From Desulfosoma sp. (lineage in GTDB: Bacteria; Desulfobacterota; Syntrophobacteria; Syntrophobacterales; DSM-9756), in contig JBBFKW010000006.1 in assembly GCA_037481835.1 (NCBI GenBank), positions 1-64,000 on the forward strand: a DNA stretch of 64,000 bases. Direction: 5' to 3'. This document shows, piece by piece, positions 49,564 to 58,315 of this stretch; the stretch's first letter is position 1; the number at the start of each line of letters is the position of its first letter. Position numbers and translations under genes: made by a program. The notes under the pieces were generated by a model. It was not told the origin of the DNA, made no database searches, and worked only from the letters and a program-made list of their open reading frames with translations.

Positions 49564-50016
49564 TCAAACATCCAGGGTGTGGCTCACAATGTTGTAATGT
49601 TCGGCAAAGACCGGGCCACGCCCCTTGAACATGCTCACGTGGGTGAGCACCCATTCGGCCACTTCCAAGCGCTTGGATTCCGAAAGGGCGTTGAAACAGG
49701 CGAACATGGCCTCTTCCGTGGGAGCCTGCTCCATCTGCCGCCAAATATCCGAAGGACTCATGCTCTGCTCCTTGTCTTCTTCCCGTCGGGCCCGCATCTT
49801 TTCCGTGGCTTCCTTGGCCTGGGCAAGAACGCCGTCCAGGTCTCTTTTGAGAGATTGGACGACCCGCTCCAGTTCTTCCAAGGAGTCGCATCGCACAAGC
49901 GTCTGGCCGGAGGGCTGAGGTTCGGCCCAAAGGAGCGCAAACGACAAGGGCGACCCATCGGGGCGATCCGGCGTCTCAGCGACCTCCAAGCGGAGCGACA
50001 CTATCGGTTGACTCAT
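49564..50016 (-). CDS. Hypothetical protein (150 aa)
   Basis: AAAGGAAAG before ATG; coiled-coil-like middle; no family recognised. Confidence 0.7.
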   Translation of the reverse strand: MSQPIVSLRLEVAETPDRPDGSPLSFALLWAEPQPSGQTLVRCDSLEELERVVQSLKRDLDGVLAQAKEATEKMRARREEDKEQSMSPSDIWRQMEQAPTEEAMFACFNALSESKRLEVAEWVLTHVSMFKGRGPVFAEHYNIVSHTLDV

Positions 50017-50389
50017 TGGCTTTCCTTTCCCATGGACGAAAAAATTTCCCCGTCTTTTGCCGTCAAGCTAACGCCTCCGGGAGGCCGTGACAAGCGCCGC
50101 TTACCATCTTTGTCTTTCTTGTCCCACCGCAAAAAAACGCTTGATCCCGCCTTCGACTTTCCTCAAGCTCCAAGATGTGGCGGCCCCTTCCCCCTCAGTG
50201 AAATCGTGGGGCCGGATCTTTGGCATGTTTTTCTCTATCCATGAGCCTAAGCGGAGCTGCGCGTGTGCCGCTGCGTAAGTTTCATGGAAGCCGACTCCAT
50301 GAGAAAGATCCCGTATCCCGGGCAAGCCTGCTCATACGGCGCTTTCATCGGCGGGCCGGCCCGCTTCAGGAAAATCCCCGAGGACCATT

Positions 50390-51733
50390 GTGGAAAAGCT
50401 CATGCACGCCGACCATAGCGGTATTCCGAGCAGAAGCTGGACTGGGCCTTCCGTCGCTCTCCTTTGGGACCAATCCCTCGTCTGGGGCCTCTTGGTGATC
50501 GATGCCCTGGAAGCCTTGTGCGTTCCGTACCGTCCCCTTCGCTCGGCGCACATTCGATCGGGAGCCTTATCCGACCACGGCCTCCTCATCGTCCCCGGGG
50601 GCTGGGCCAGCCATAAAGCTCGGGCGCTCGGCTCGGAAGGTCTGCAGCGGATCCGCGACTTCGTGCTGCGTGGAGGGGCCTATGTGGGGTTTTGCGGTGG
50701 TGCCGGCCTGGCCCTCGACGGCTCGGCTTCTCTCAACCTCGTCCCCATCGTGAGAAAAGCCCTGAACCGCCGCCTTCCCAACGCCAGCGGCGAAGTCTGG
50801 ATTGAAGGCGATGCGAAACATCCTTTTTGGAAAGGCATCCCCCCGAGAATTCCTGTGTCCGTCTGGTGGCCCTCTCAGTTCGCTTCCGACGACGGCGCGG
50901 GGGTGGAATGTGTCGCTCGGTACGCAGGCCCCGGAGAGGATTTTTGGGTGGCGGATTTGTGCGCCGCCGATGTGGCGGCCACCGGCGGTTCCTGGAAGGA
51001 TTGGGAAGGATCTTACGGGATCAACTTGGACCCCGGGCTGCTTCAAGGCCAGGCGGCGATCCTGAGCTGTCGGGTGGGCGACGGGCTCGCCGTCCTGTCC
51101 TACCCTCACCTGGAAACGCCCGACGGCTGGGGACGGCGGCTCCTCAACAATATCCTTCGAGTCCTCCAAAGAGAATGTCCTCAAGAGGCTCCCCGAGACC
51201 CGGTCCCGGAACCTCCAAGCCTTGCAGCGTATCGAGCCATGCAGGCCGCCTTCGAGGAGTTCCGGTCCCTCATCGCCTTCGGCGAACGACATCTTCTATG
51301 GCGGTGGCGCCGTCCCTGGGTGCTCCAATGGCAAAGAGGCGTTCGCGGGTTGGAATACGGCACCCTCTATGTCTGCCTGCGTTTTGTGCTTTCCCACTGT
51401 CTCCGGGAAAAGCTCTCTTCGCACCCTGCGCACTCCTGGGAAGAACCCGCTGAAACCCTGCTCCGCTCCGCCGGGCTCTTTTGCCGACAGGCCCGAAGAC
51501 TTCTTCTGGAAGAGAAGGCGGCGAGCCACAACGGGCCTGTAGGGAAGCTCCAACCCGTCAACCCCACCGTGGACACCCTGCGTCAGGCCCTTTTCGGCCG
51601 CGGCATGAGCCATGCCGGTCTCTCCCAGGAGCTTTTCGACAGCTTGGATGTCTTGCTCTATCTTGCCGTGGAACGCCGCCGACACCACGGCCGACCGTCC
51701 CGGTCCCTCTGGACCGAGGAACCCGGCGTTTGA
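50390..51733 (+). CDS. BPL-N / class I glutamine-amidotransferase-like domain protein
   Basis: LIVPGGW, GGAYVGFCGGAG (nucleophile-elbow Cys) and SYPHLE; start uncertain. Confidence 0.75.
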   Translation: MEKLMHADHSGIPSRSWTGPSVALLWDQSLVWGLLVIDALEALCVPYRPLRSAHIRSGALSDHGLLIVPGGWASHKARALGSEGLQRIRDFVLRGGAYVGFCGGAGLALDGSASLNLVPIVRKALNRRLPNASGEVWIEGDAKHPFWKGIPPRIPVSVWWPSQFASDDGAGVECVARYAGPGEDFWVADLCAADVAATGGSWKDWEGSYGINLDPGLLQGQAAILSCRVGDGLAVLSYPHLETPDGWGRRLLNNILRVLQRECPQEAPRDPVPEPPSLAAYRAMQAAFEEFRSLIAFGERHLLWRWRRPWVLQWQRGVRGLEYGTLYVCLRFVLSHCLREKLSSHPAHSWEEPAETLLRSAGLFCRQARRLLLEEKAASHNGPVGKLQPVNPTVDTLRQALFGRGMSHAGLSQELFDSLDVLLYLAVERRRHHGRPSRSLWTEEPGV

Positions 51734-51756
51734 CGCCGAAGCCTTCGGGAGCGCTC

Positions 51757-54513
51757 ATGGCCGAAGAACTCGAACAGATCAGCCGTGCCTCCAGCTACCT
51801 TGCCACGTTGTTGCGCCGGAACCCGGACGACGTGGACTGGCTGTGGAACCAAAAGAATCTTCTCCGGCGCTACGCCGTAACCGACCTCTATAACGACCTT
51901 ACCCGCACCGTCCATGACGCCGCGTCTTGGAAGGCTGCACTCATCGCCTTTCGCCGATTCAAGCAGAGGCATTTCTTGCGCATCGGCGCCCGCGACCTTT
52001 TGGGCCGGGCCGATCTTGCAGAGACGACGGCTCAGTTGAGCGACCTGGCTCAGGTGGCCTTGGAAGCCGGACTGCAATGGCTCAAGGACCATCCGGCGCT
52101 GTGGGCCCCGCCGGCGCTTGCCGCGCGGATTCCGGAGCTGTTTCGTCACCACACCCTGACGGTGCTCGGTTTGGGAAAGCTGGGAGGCCGGGAACTGAAC
52201 TACGTGTCGGATGTGGATCTGTTGTTTCTTCGTGAAGACACAAACGGGCGGGCTTCCGACGACGACCGTGAGAAATTCTACGAAACCTTGTGCCTCCTGT
52301 GCCAGAAACTCGTCAGCCTCCTGGCCGATTCCGTGGAAGGCGACCGGGTTTTTCACGTGGACCTTCGGTTGCGCCCCCAGGGCAAAGACGGGGAGCTGGT
52401 GCCTCGACTGGCGGCGGCCACGTCCCATTATCTGCTGCACGGCCGGGCCTGGGAACGCCAGATGCTCCTCAAGGCTCGACCCGTGGCCGGAGACCGGGCT
52501 TTGGGAACGGCTTTTCTCCAAGAAGTGCGCCCCTTCGTCTTCCGCCGATTCCTGGACTTTCAAGCCCTGGACGAACTAAAAAGCATGCGGGACCGCATCC
52601 TGCAGGAGTTGCGTTCCCAACGCCAGGGGGCGCCTTTCGACGTCAAGCTGGGGGTCGGGGGCATCCGGGAAGTGGAGTTTCTCGTCCAATCGTTTCAGCT
52701 GATCTACGGAGGGCGCATGCCGCAGCTGGACGAGCCCAATACGCTTGCCGCCTTGGAAAAATTGAAAAGCCTCGGGCTGCTTCCGGCCGAGGCCGCCGAA
52801 GAGCTGCGATCGGCCTACATTTTCCTTCGCCGCGTGGAACACTGGATTCAGCTGGATCAGAATCGACAGACGCAAAAGATCCCCGCTTCCCCGGAAGCAC
52901 GCCGAAGGTTGGCCGAAGCCCTCGGGTTTGAGGGCGACTGGGATCGTTTTTGGAAGTCCCTGGAGACGCATTGCCAGATCGTCCACAGGCACTTCACGGC
53001 GCTTTTCGAGCCGAGCGAGGCCGCCCGATCCCAAGAAAACGGCGCTCCTGAACAGGAGACGTCTTGGGACACGGCCCCAAGCGACGGCCCTTCGGGGTTG
53101 GATCGAAGCATTCCCTCCCTTGCCGGGCTGCCAAAGCCGCTTGCCGCCGGCATCCTTCAGGCCGTCACGCCCTTTTTCACAGAGGCGGATGGTCCCCGCG
53201 CCGGGGCCATGGCGGCCCGCATCGAACGCTACTTGGCTCAAGTGCGGCGCCGTCCTGGACTGGTTCATTTCCTGGCCTCCCATAAGGGGTTCATTCAGGA
53301 CATCTTTCCCGCTTTGGTGCGCTGCGATTTGGTGGCCGACCTTCTGGGAAGCCAGCCCAGCCTGGTGGAAGCCCTCAGCACCTGGGATCGCTTGGATGTG
53401 CCTCACGAACAATGGGAGGCCTCGGCGCAGGCCATCCTGGCCAAAGCTTCGTCTTATGAAGAACGCCTGGAGTGGCTTCGAAGGCTCAAGAATGAGCGGT
53501 TCTTCCTGCTGGCTCTGGCCGACGTGGCGGGGTTCTTGACACATGAAGCGCTGGAAAGAGCCCTTTCGGATCTGGCCGATTTCGTGGTCCGCCGCACCTT
53601 GGCGGCCGTCATGGACGCCGTGGGCCTCGCCCCCGGCCTGCCCCTGGCCGTCATCGCGCTGGGATCGCTCGGCAGCCGGGAAATGGACTACCTTTCCGAT
53701 GTGGACCTCATGTTCGTCTACGAACCCGAAGAAGGGGAAAAGGCCGACCACATTCCCGTTTCGGTGATCCGCATGCTGCAAAGATTTATGCGCATGTTGA
53801 GCACCCCGCTGCAGGAAGGACCGGGTTATAATGTGGATGCGCGGTTGCGCCCCACGGGCTCTTACGGCCCTTTGGCGGTCACGCGATCCACATGGGAAGA
53901 TTACTACGCCACAAAGGCGGACATTTGGGAACTTCAGGCGCTGCTGCGCTTTCGGCCCATCGCCGGGGACCCAGACCTCGGGTCGGCCTTGCGGGAGATC
54001 GCACGGAGCCTGTGCTTTCAAAAACGGGACCGGGAAACGGTCTGGCCCAGGTTGTGCTCCTTGAGGAAGCGCATGGAAGAGGAACGCACGGCCGAAAGAG
54101 AGGATGCCGTGGACATTAAGTTGGGTCCGGGAGGCCTTGTGGACTTGGAATTTCTCGCCCAAGGCGTGCAGCTCACCCACGGCCATGCCAATGCGGCACT
54201 CCAGCAAGGGTCCACCAAGGCCTTGCTCGCGCAGGCGCTTCCCCATGTCCCCGGCGGGGGCAAAGCCATGCCCGAGATGATCGAGGCTTTTTCGGCCTAC
54301 AAAGACCTGGAGCACCGGGTGCATCTCATGAGCCATCGAGCGGGATCGCTTCTGAGCAAAAACCAATTTATGGAACTGGCAAAATTGTCCCTGTGGCCGG
54401 CCGGTGCGGAAAGCCGTCGCATCCAGACCTGGGAGGATCTTCTGGCCGTGCGCCGGCGCGTTCGCCGCCTCTTTGACGGCGTGTGCGGCCGTGAGGCCCC
54501 ACAACCCCATTGA
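51757..54513 (+). CDS. glnE: Glutamine synthetase adenylyltransferase/removase
   Basis: Two nucleotidyltransferase modules: GKLGGRELNYVSDVD / VDLRLRP and GSLGSREMDYLSDVD / VDARLRP. Confidence 0.93.
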   Translation: MAEELEQISRASSYLATLLRRNPDDVDWLWNQKNLLRRYAVTDLYNDLTRTVHDAASWKAALIAFRRFKQRHFLRIGARDLLGRADLAETTAQLSDLAQVALEAGLQWLKDHPALWAPPALAARIPELFRHHTLTVLGLGKLGGRELNYVSDVDLLFLREDTNGRASDDDREKFYETLCLLCQKLVSLLADSVEGDRVFHVDLRLRPQGKDGELVPRLAAATSHYLLHGRAWERQMLLKARPVAGDRALGTAFLQEVRPFVFRRFLDFQALDELKSMRDRILQELRSQRQGAPFDVKLGVGGIREVEFLVQSFQLIYGGRMPQLDEPNTLAALEKLKSLGLLPAEAAEELRSAYIFLRRVEHWIQLDQNRQTQKIPASPEARRRLAEALGFEGDWDRFWKSLETHCQIVHRHFTALFEPSEAARSQENGAPEQETSWDTAPSDGPSGLDRSIPSLAGLPKPLAAGILQAVTPFFTEADGPRAGAMAARIERYLAQVRRRPGLVHFLASHKGFIQDIFPALVRCDLVADLLGSQPSLVEALSTWDRLDVPHEQWEASAQAILAKASSYEERLEWLRRLKNERFFLLALADVAGFLTHEALERALSDLADFVVRRTLAAVMDAVGLAPGLPLAVIALGSLGSREMDYLSDVDLMFVYEPEEGEKADHIPVSVIRMLQRFMRMLSTPLQEGPGYNVDARLRPTGSYGPLAVTRSTWEDYYATKADIWELQALLRFRPIAGDPDLGSALREIARSLCFQKRDRETVWPRLCSLRKRMEEERTAEREDAVDIKLGPGGLVDLEFLAQGVQLTHGHANAALQQGSTKALLAQALPHVPGGGKAMPEMIEAFSAYKDLEHRVHLMSHRAGSLLSKNQFMELAKLSLWPAGAESRRIQTWEDLLAVRRRVRRLFDGVCGREAPQPH

Positions 54514-54530
54514 CGGGAGGCCTGCACCCT

Positions 54531-54959
54531 ATGGCCGTTTTCCCCACAATCACCGTGGACCGATCGTCCATCAACATTTCGGATATGACCGCTGTCTTGG
54601 AAGGCGATGACCGGGTCGTGTTCGCCTACCCCTATGGCTCCTTCTTGGAGGAAGGCCCGTTCCGAGACGTGGACATCGCCGTTTTCACCTCCCCGGACGA
54701 AAACCCTTTCGAAGTCAGCGCCGACCTCAAGATCGCCCTCTCCCGCCGGACCGGAATTCCCCCGGATTGTTTCGACATCCGGGTGATCAATCAGGTGGTG
54801 GACACTTGCGACCTCACGGGGCTGCTCTACCTCGAAGATGTCTTCACCAAAGGCCGACGTCTTGTAGACAAGGATCGGCAGATCCTCGCCGATTATTTGG
54901 AACGCTTCGGGTGGAGGTACCGTGAGTGCCTCGGCCTCATCCAGGAGTTTCTGTCATGA
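54531..54959 (+). CDS. Minimal nucleotidyltransferase (MntA-like antitoxin)
   Basis: YGS...DVDIAV motif plus a third Asp (FDIRVI); GGAGG RBS. Confidence 0.8.
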   Translation: MAVFPTITVDRSSINISDMTAVLEGDDRVVFAYPYGSFLEEGPFRDVDIAVFTSPDENPFEVSADLKIALSRRTGIPPDCFDIRVINQVVDTCDLTGLLYLEDVFTKGRRLVDKDRQILADYLERFGWRYRECLGLIQEFLS

Positions 54960-55189
54960 AAGTGGAGGCCGCCATTAAAGCCCGTGAACACGGGTTGATT
55001 TCCCTCGAACTCTTTCGAAAGCTGAAACCATTCTTTGATTTTAGAAACAGTCTGATTCACCGCTATGGGCCGATCGATGATACTTTGATGATACGAAACA
55101 TCATGGAAGGGCGGGGAGATTTTGAAAGGTTTGTCGAGGAGGCGGAAAATTATTTGGCTGGGGGTGATACAAAAAGAGGCAACGGGTAA
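54956..55189 (+). pseudogene. Truncated HEPN/DUF86 (HepT-like) toxin, 77 aa
   Basis: RNSLIHRY (RX4HXY) motif; ATGA overlap with the MNT gene; N-terminal helices appear to be missing. Confidence 0.65.
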
Positions 55190-55333
55190 GAGGAAGTTTT
55201 CAAGCTGAGCCCTTGAGCTCGACTTTCATACAAACATGGCCAAGGAACCCTTCTGCGACGCGCTCCTAGCCGCTTCGGAACGCTCATTTTCTATTTGACA
55301 TCACCCCCCCACTCTTGCCATTTTAAAAATCCG

Positions 55334-55379
55334 TCCAAACAAAGGCGTTTGGATCCTGCAATCGAACACCGCAGTTCGA
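55334..55379 (+). promoter_or_regulatory. ANTAR-type dual-hairpin RNA element
   Basis: TCCAAAC-AAAGGC-GTTTGGA, 8-nt linker, TCGAAC-ACCGCA-GTTCGA; both hexaloops are AxxGxx and closed by C-G; TTGACA at 55295. Confidence 0.7.
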
Positions 55380-55423
55380 AAAGGCCCTCCGCGCAGGCGG
55401 AGGGCCTTTCGTGCCTTTGGTTT
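55377..55423 (+). terminator. Leader terminator/attenuator hairpin
   Basis: 13-bp stem AAAGGCCCTCCGC-GCAG-GCGGAGGGCCTTT with an interrupted T-tract, 5' of the glutamate synthase genes. Confidence 0.6.
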
Positions 55424-55474
55424 CCCGGACAACGTCGTCCTTTATCCATTCATCAGGAAGGAGTGTTATCCGCC

Positions 55475-56605
55475 ATGTGCCGGCTATGTGCCCTGACGAG
55501 CTCCGAACCGCTGTCTCCCATGAAGGCTATCGAAGCCTTGGATGTCATGCGGGAAGGTCATGACGGCTCAGGTGTGGGGCTCTTTTTGAGCGACCTGGGA
55601 GGGCCGTGGGAAGAATTGGAAGGAGCGCCCATCCTCTCGGGGATCTTCACCAACGACGGCCTGAAACGGCTCGATCGGTTCATGATGGAAATCGGCTTTA
55701 TGACCAAGTACAAGCTGACCATCAAGACGCCGAAGACGGCCCCGCCCGGCGTCCCCAAGCGGGACGTCTATCTCATCCGCGCCTACGAACTGCCCGAGGA
55801 ATGGGACTCCCTTCCCCAGCAGGAAATCCAAAACCGCCTCACGGGCGTTCGGCTACAGCTGCGCCAGATGGGCCAGGAAAAGGAAGACATGATCGTCTTC
55901 AGCTTCTGGCCCGATTGCATCATGATCAAGGAAATCGGCGATCCCATGACCGTGGCCGAATACCTGCGCCTGGACCGCAAGGAACTTCAAGCCCGAATCA
56001 TCCTCGCTCAAGGACGCCAGAACACCAACTACGCCATCAACCTCTACGCCTGCCATCCCTTTTTCATCCAAGGGATCGCCACCATGACCAACGGGGAGAA
56101 CACGGCCTTCGTGCCCATCCGCGAATTCCTTACCTCACGAGGCTTTCCAGGCTACGTGGGGTATCAGTCCGATTCCGAGGTCTTCACCCACATCCTGCAC
56201 TACATGCGCCATTTCCTGGGCTTGGACCTGGAATACTACAAACACGTCATCACGCCCCTCCAAGACGAGGTGTTGGAGACGCATCCCAACGGAGCCTTTC
56301 TCAAGCACATCAAGCGAAGCTGCCGGCGGCTCATCATCGATGGGCCCAACTGCGTCATCGGGTGTCTTCCGGACAAGCGGCTCTTTATGGTCCAAGACCG
56401 TAAGAAATTGCGCCCGGGCGTGGTGGGCGGCAAACCCGGCCTGTATGCCTTTTCGTCGGAAATGTGCGGCCTGGACGCCCTGATTCCCGACCGTGACAAA
56501 TCCAAGGACGTGCAACCCATGCACTTGGACACGGCGATCGTCGGACCGGATCGCCGGGAGGTTCGTCTATGCTCTCAGATGGATACATCAGCCCCAGTTC
56601 ATTGA
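55475..56605 (+). CDS. Glutamate synthase amidotransferase-like subunit (Ntn class II)
   Basis: N-terminal MC, HDGSG, GRQNTN, HPFF, NGEN, SDSE, DGP and DRKKLRP motifs. Confidence 0.88.
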   Translation: MCRLCALTSSEPLSPMKAIEALDVMREGHDGSGVGLFLSDLGGPWEELEGAPILSGIFTNDGLKRLDRFMMEIGFMTKYKLTIKTPKTAPPGVPKRDVYLIRAYELPEEWDSLPQQEIQNRLTGVRLQLRQMGQEKEDMIVFSFWPDCIMIKEIGDPMTVAEYLRLDRKELQARIILAQGRQNTNYAINLYACHPFFIQGIATMTNGENTAFVPIREFLTSRGFPGYVGYQSDSEVFTHILHYMRHFLGLDLEYYKHVITPLQDEVLETHPNGAFLKHIKRSCRRLIIDGPNCVIGCLPDKRLFMVQDRKKLRPGVVGGKPGLYAFSSEMCGLDALIPDRDKSKDVQPMHLDTAIVGPDRREVRLCSQMDTSAPVH

Positions 56606-58203
56606 GTCTTCGGGACCTGCCCTGGCGGGTTCACTGGAGCCTGGAAAAATGCACCCTGTGCGGCCGCTGCACGACGGTGTGCCCGGTGCATGCCATCGAA
56701 CTCGGCGTGTTCCGAAAACGGGTGGTGGAGACGGCTTTCGGCATCACCCAAGAGCCCTCCAATGTCTATAAGGTCTTTTACGGCATCCGCCAGAAAACGG
56801 ACCCTGCCTACGCCTGCATCGGCTGCGGCATGTGCTCCATGGTGTGCCCCAACGACGCCATCCTGGCGTACCGTTCCGAGGAAGCGGACAAGCTGCGGTT
56901 CCACATCAACCGGGGCGGCCAGCCGCGGCGCCGCGGAGGCCGACGCAACGTCCCGGGCGGGATTCTGGACCGCATCAAATTCATTCGCATTTCCATGCTC
57001 ACCGACCCGGCTCTGGATGCGGGCCGTCACGAATTCGAACTGCGCACGCTCTTGGGGCGCGTCCTGCCTCCCGAGGAGAACCTCAGGCTTCTCAAGGAAA
57101 ACGGCTGGATTCCGCCGGTTCGGGAAATCTACCCTCTGATCATCGGCGGCATGTCCTTCGGGGCCCTTTCGCCCACCATGTGGGAAGGGCTCCAGATGGG
57201 CGTGGCGTACCTCAACGAGGAACTGGGCATGCCGGTTCGCATGTGCACGGGGGAAGGCGGCTGCCCGCCGCGGCTCTTGCGCTCCCGTTTCCTCAAGTAC
57301 GTCATTTTGCAAATCGCCAGCGGCTATTTCGGCTGGGATGAAATCATCCACGCCATTCCCGAAATGAAGGAAGACCCCTGCGCCATCGAGATCAAATACG
57401 GCCAAGGCGCCAAGCCGGGAGACGGCGGTCTTCTCATGTGGTACAAGGTGAACAAGCTCATCGCCGCCATTCGCGGCGTCCCGCCGGGGGTGAGTCTCCC
57501 CAGCCCGCCGACGCATCAGACCAAGTATTCCATCGAAGAGGCCGTGGCCAAGATGATCCAGTCCATGTCCATGGCGTGGGGTTTCCGCGTGCCGGTCTAT
57601 CCCAAGATTTCCGGCACTTCCACGGCCCTGGCCGTCTTGAACAACCTCACCCGAAACCCCTACGCCGCGGGATTGGCCATCGACGGCGAAGACGGCGGCA
57701 CCGGAGCCGCCTACAACGTGTCCATGGACCACATGGGCCATCCCATCGCCTCCAATATCCGGGACAGCTACCTCACGCTGGTCAAGCTCGGAAAGCAGAA
57801 CGAAATCCCGCTGTTCGCCGGGGGAGGCATCGGGAAGAACGGCAATTTGGCCGCCAACGCCGCCGCGCTCATCATGCTGGGAGCCAGCGGGGTGCAGTGC
57901 GGCAAATACATCATGCAGGCGACGGCAGGCTGTCTGGGATCGGAGTCGGATCGGTGCAACGTGTGCAACATCGGCGTCTGTCCCAAGGGGATCACATCCC
58001 AAGACCCCAGGCTGTACCGGCGGCTGGATCCCGAGAAGGTGGCGGAACGGCTGGTGGACGTCTTTCTTGCCTTCGATACGGAACTGAAAAAGATCGTTGC
58101 GCCTCTCGGCCGGTCCACGTCCCTTCCCATCGGCATGTCGGACGCCTTGGGAATCGATGACGCGGCGGCGGCCGAACGGCTGCACATCGCCTATGTGGTG
58201 TAG
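56569..58203 (+). CDS. Glutamate synthase FMN-binding subunit with N-terminal 2[4Fe-4S] ferredoxin
   Basis: CxxCxxCxxxCP twice, GMSFGALS, TGEGG, QIASG, EIKYGQGAKPGDGG and C..G.CP.GI.SQD motifs. Confidence 0.9.
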   Translation: MLSDGYISPSSLSLRDLPWRVHWSLEKCTLCGRCTTVCPVHAIELGVFRKRVVETAFGITQEPSNVYKVFYGIRQKTDPAYACIGCGMCSMVCPNDAILAYRSEEADKLRFHINRGGQPRRRGGRRNVPGGILDRIKFIRISMLTDPALDAGRHEFELRTLLGRVLPPEENLRLLKENGWIPPVREIYPLIIGGMSFGALSPTMWEGLQMGVAYLNEELGMPVRMCTGEGGCPPRLLRSRFLKYVILQIASGYFGWDEIIHAIPEMKEDPCAIEIKYGQGAKPGDGGLLMWYKVNKLIAAIRGVPPGVSLPSPPTHQTKYSIEEAVAKMIQSMSMAWGFRVPVYPKISGTSTALAVLNNLTRNPYAAGLAIDGEDGGTGAAYNVSMDHMGHPIASNIRDSYLTLVKLGKQNEIPLFAGGGIGKNGNLAANAAALIMLGASGVQCGKYIMQATAGCLGSESDRCNVCNIGVCPKGITSQDPRLYRRLDPEKVAERLVDVFLAFDTELKKIVAPLGRSTSLPIGMSDALGIDDAAAAERLHIAYVV

Positions 58204-58315
58204 CGCACAAGAAAACCGCAACAAAGCGCGATGAACGCACCGGAGGGGTCCCCCGATCGTCGGTTGAAAGAACCGAGACGGGCGGACGAACCGGATATGG
58301 AAGGGTGAAGAACCG

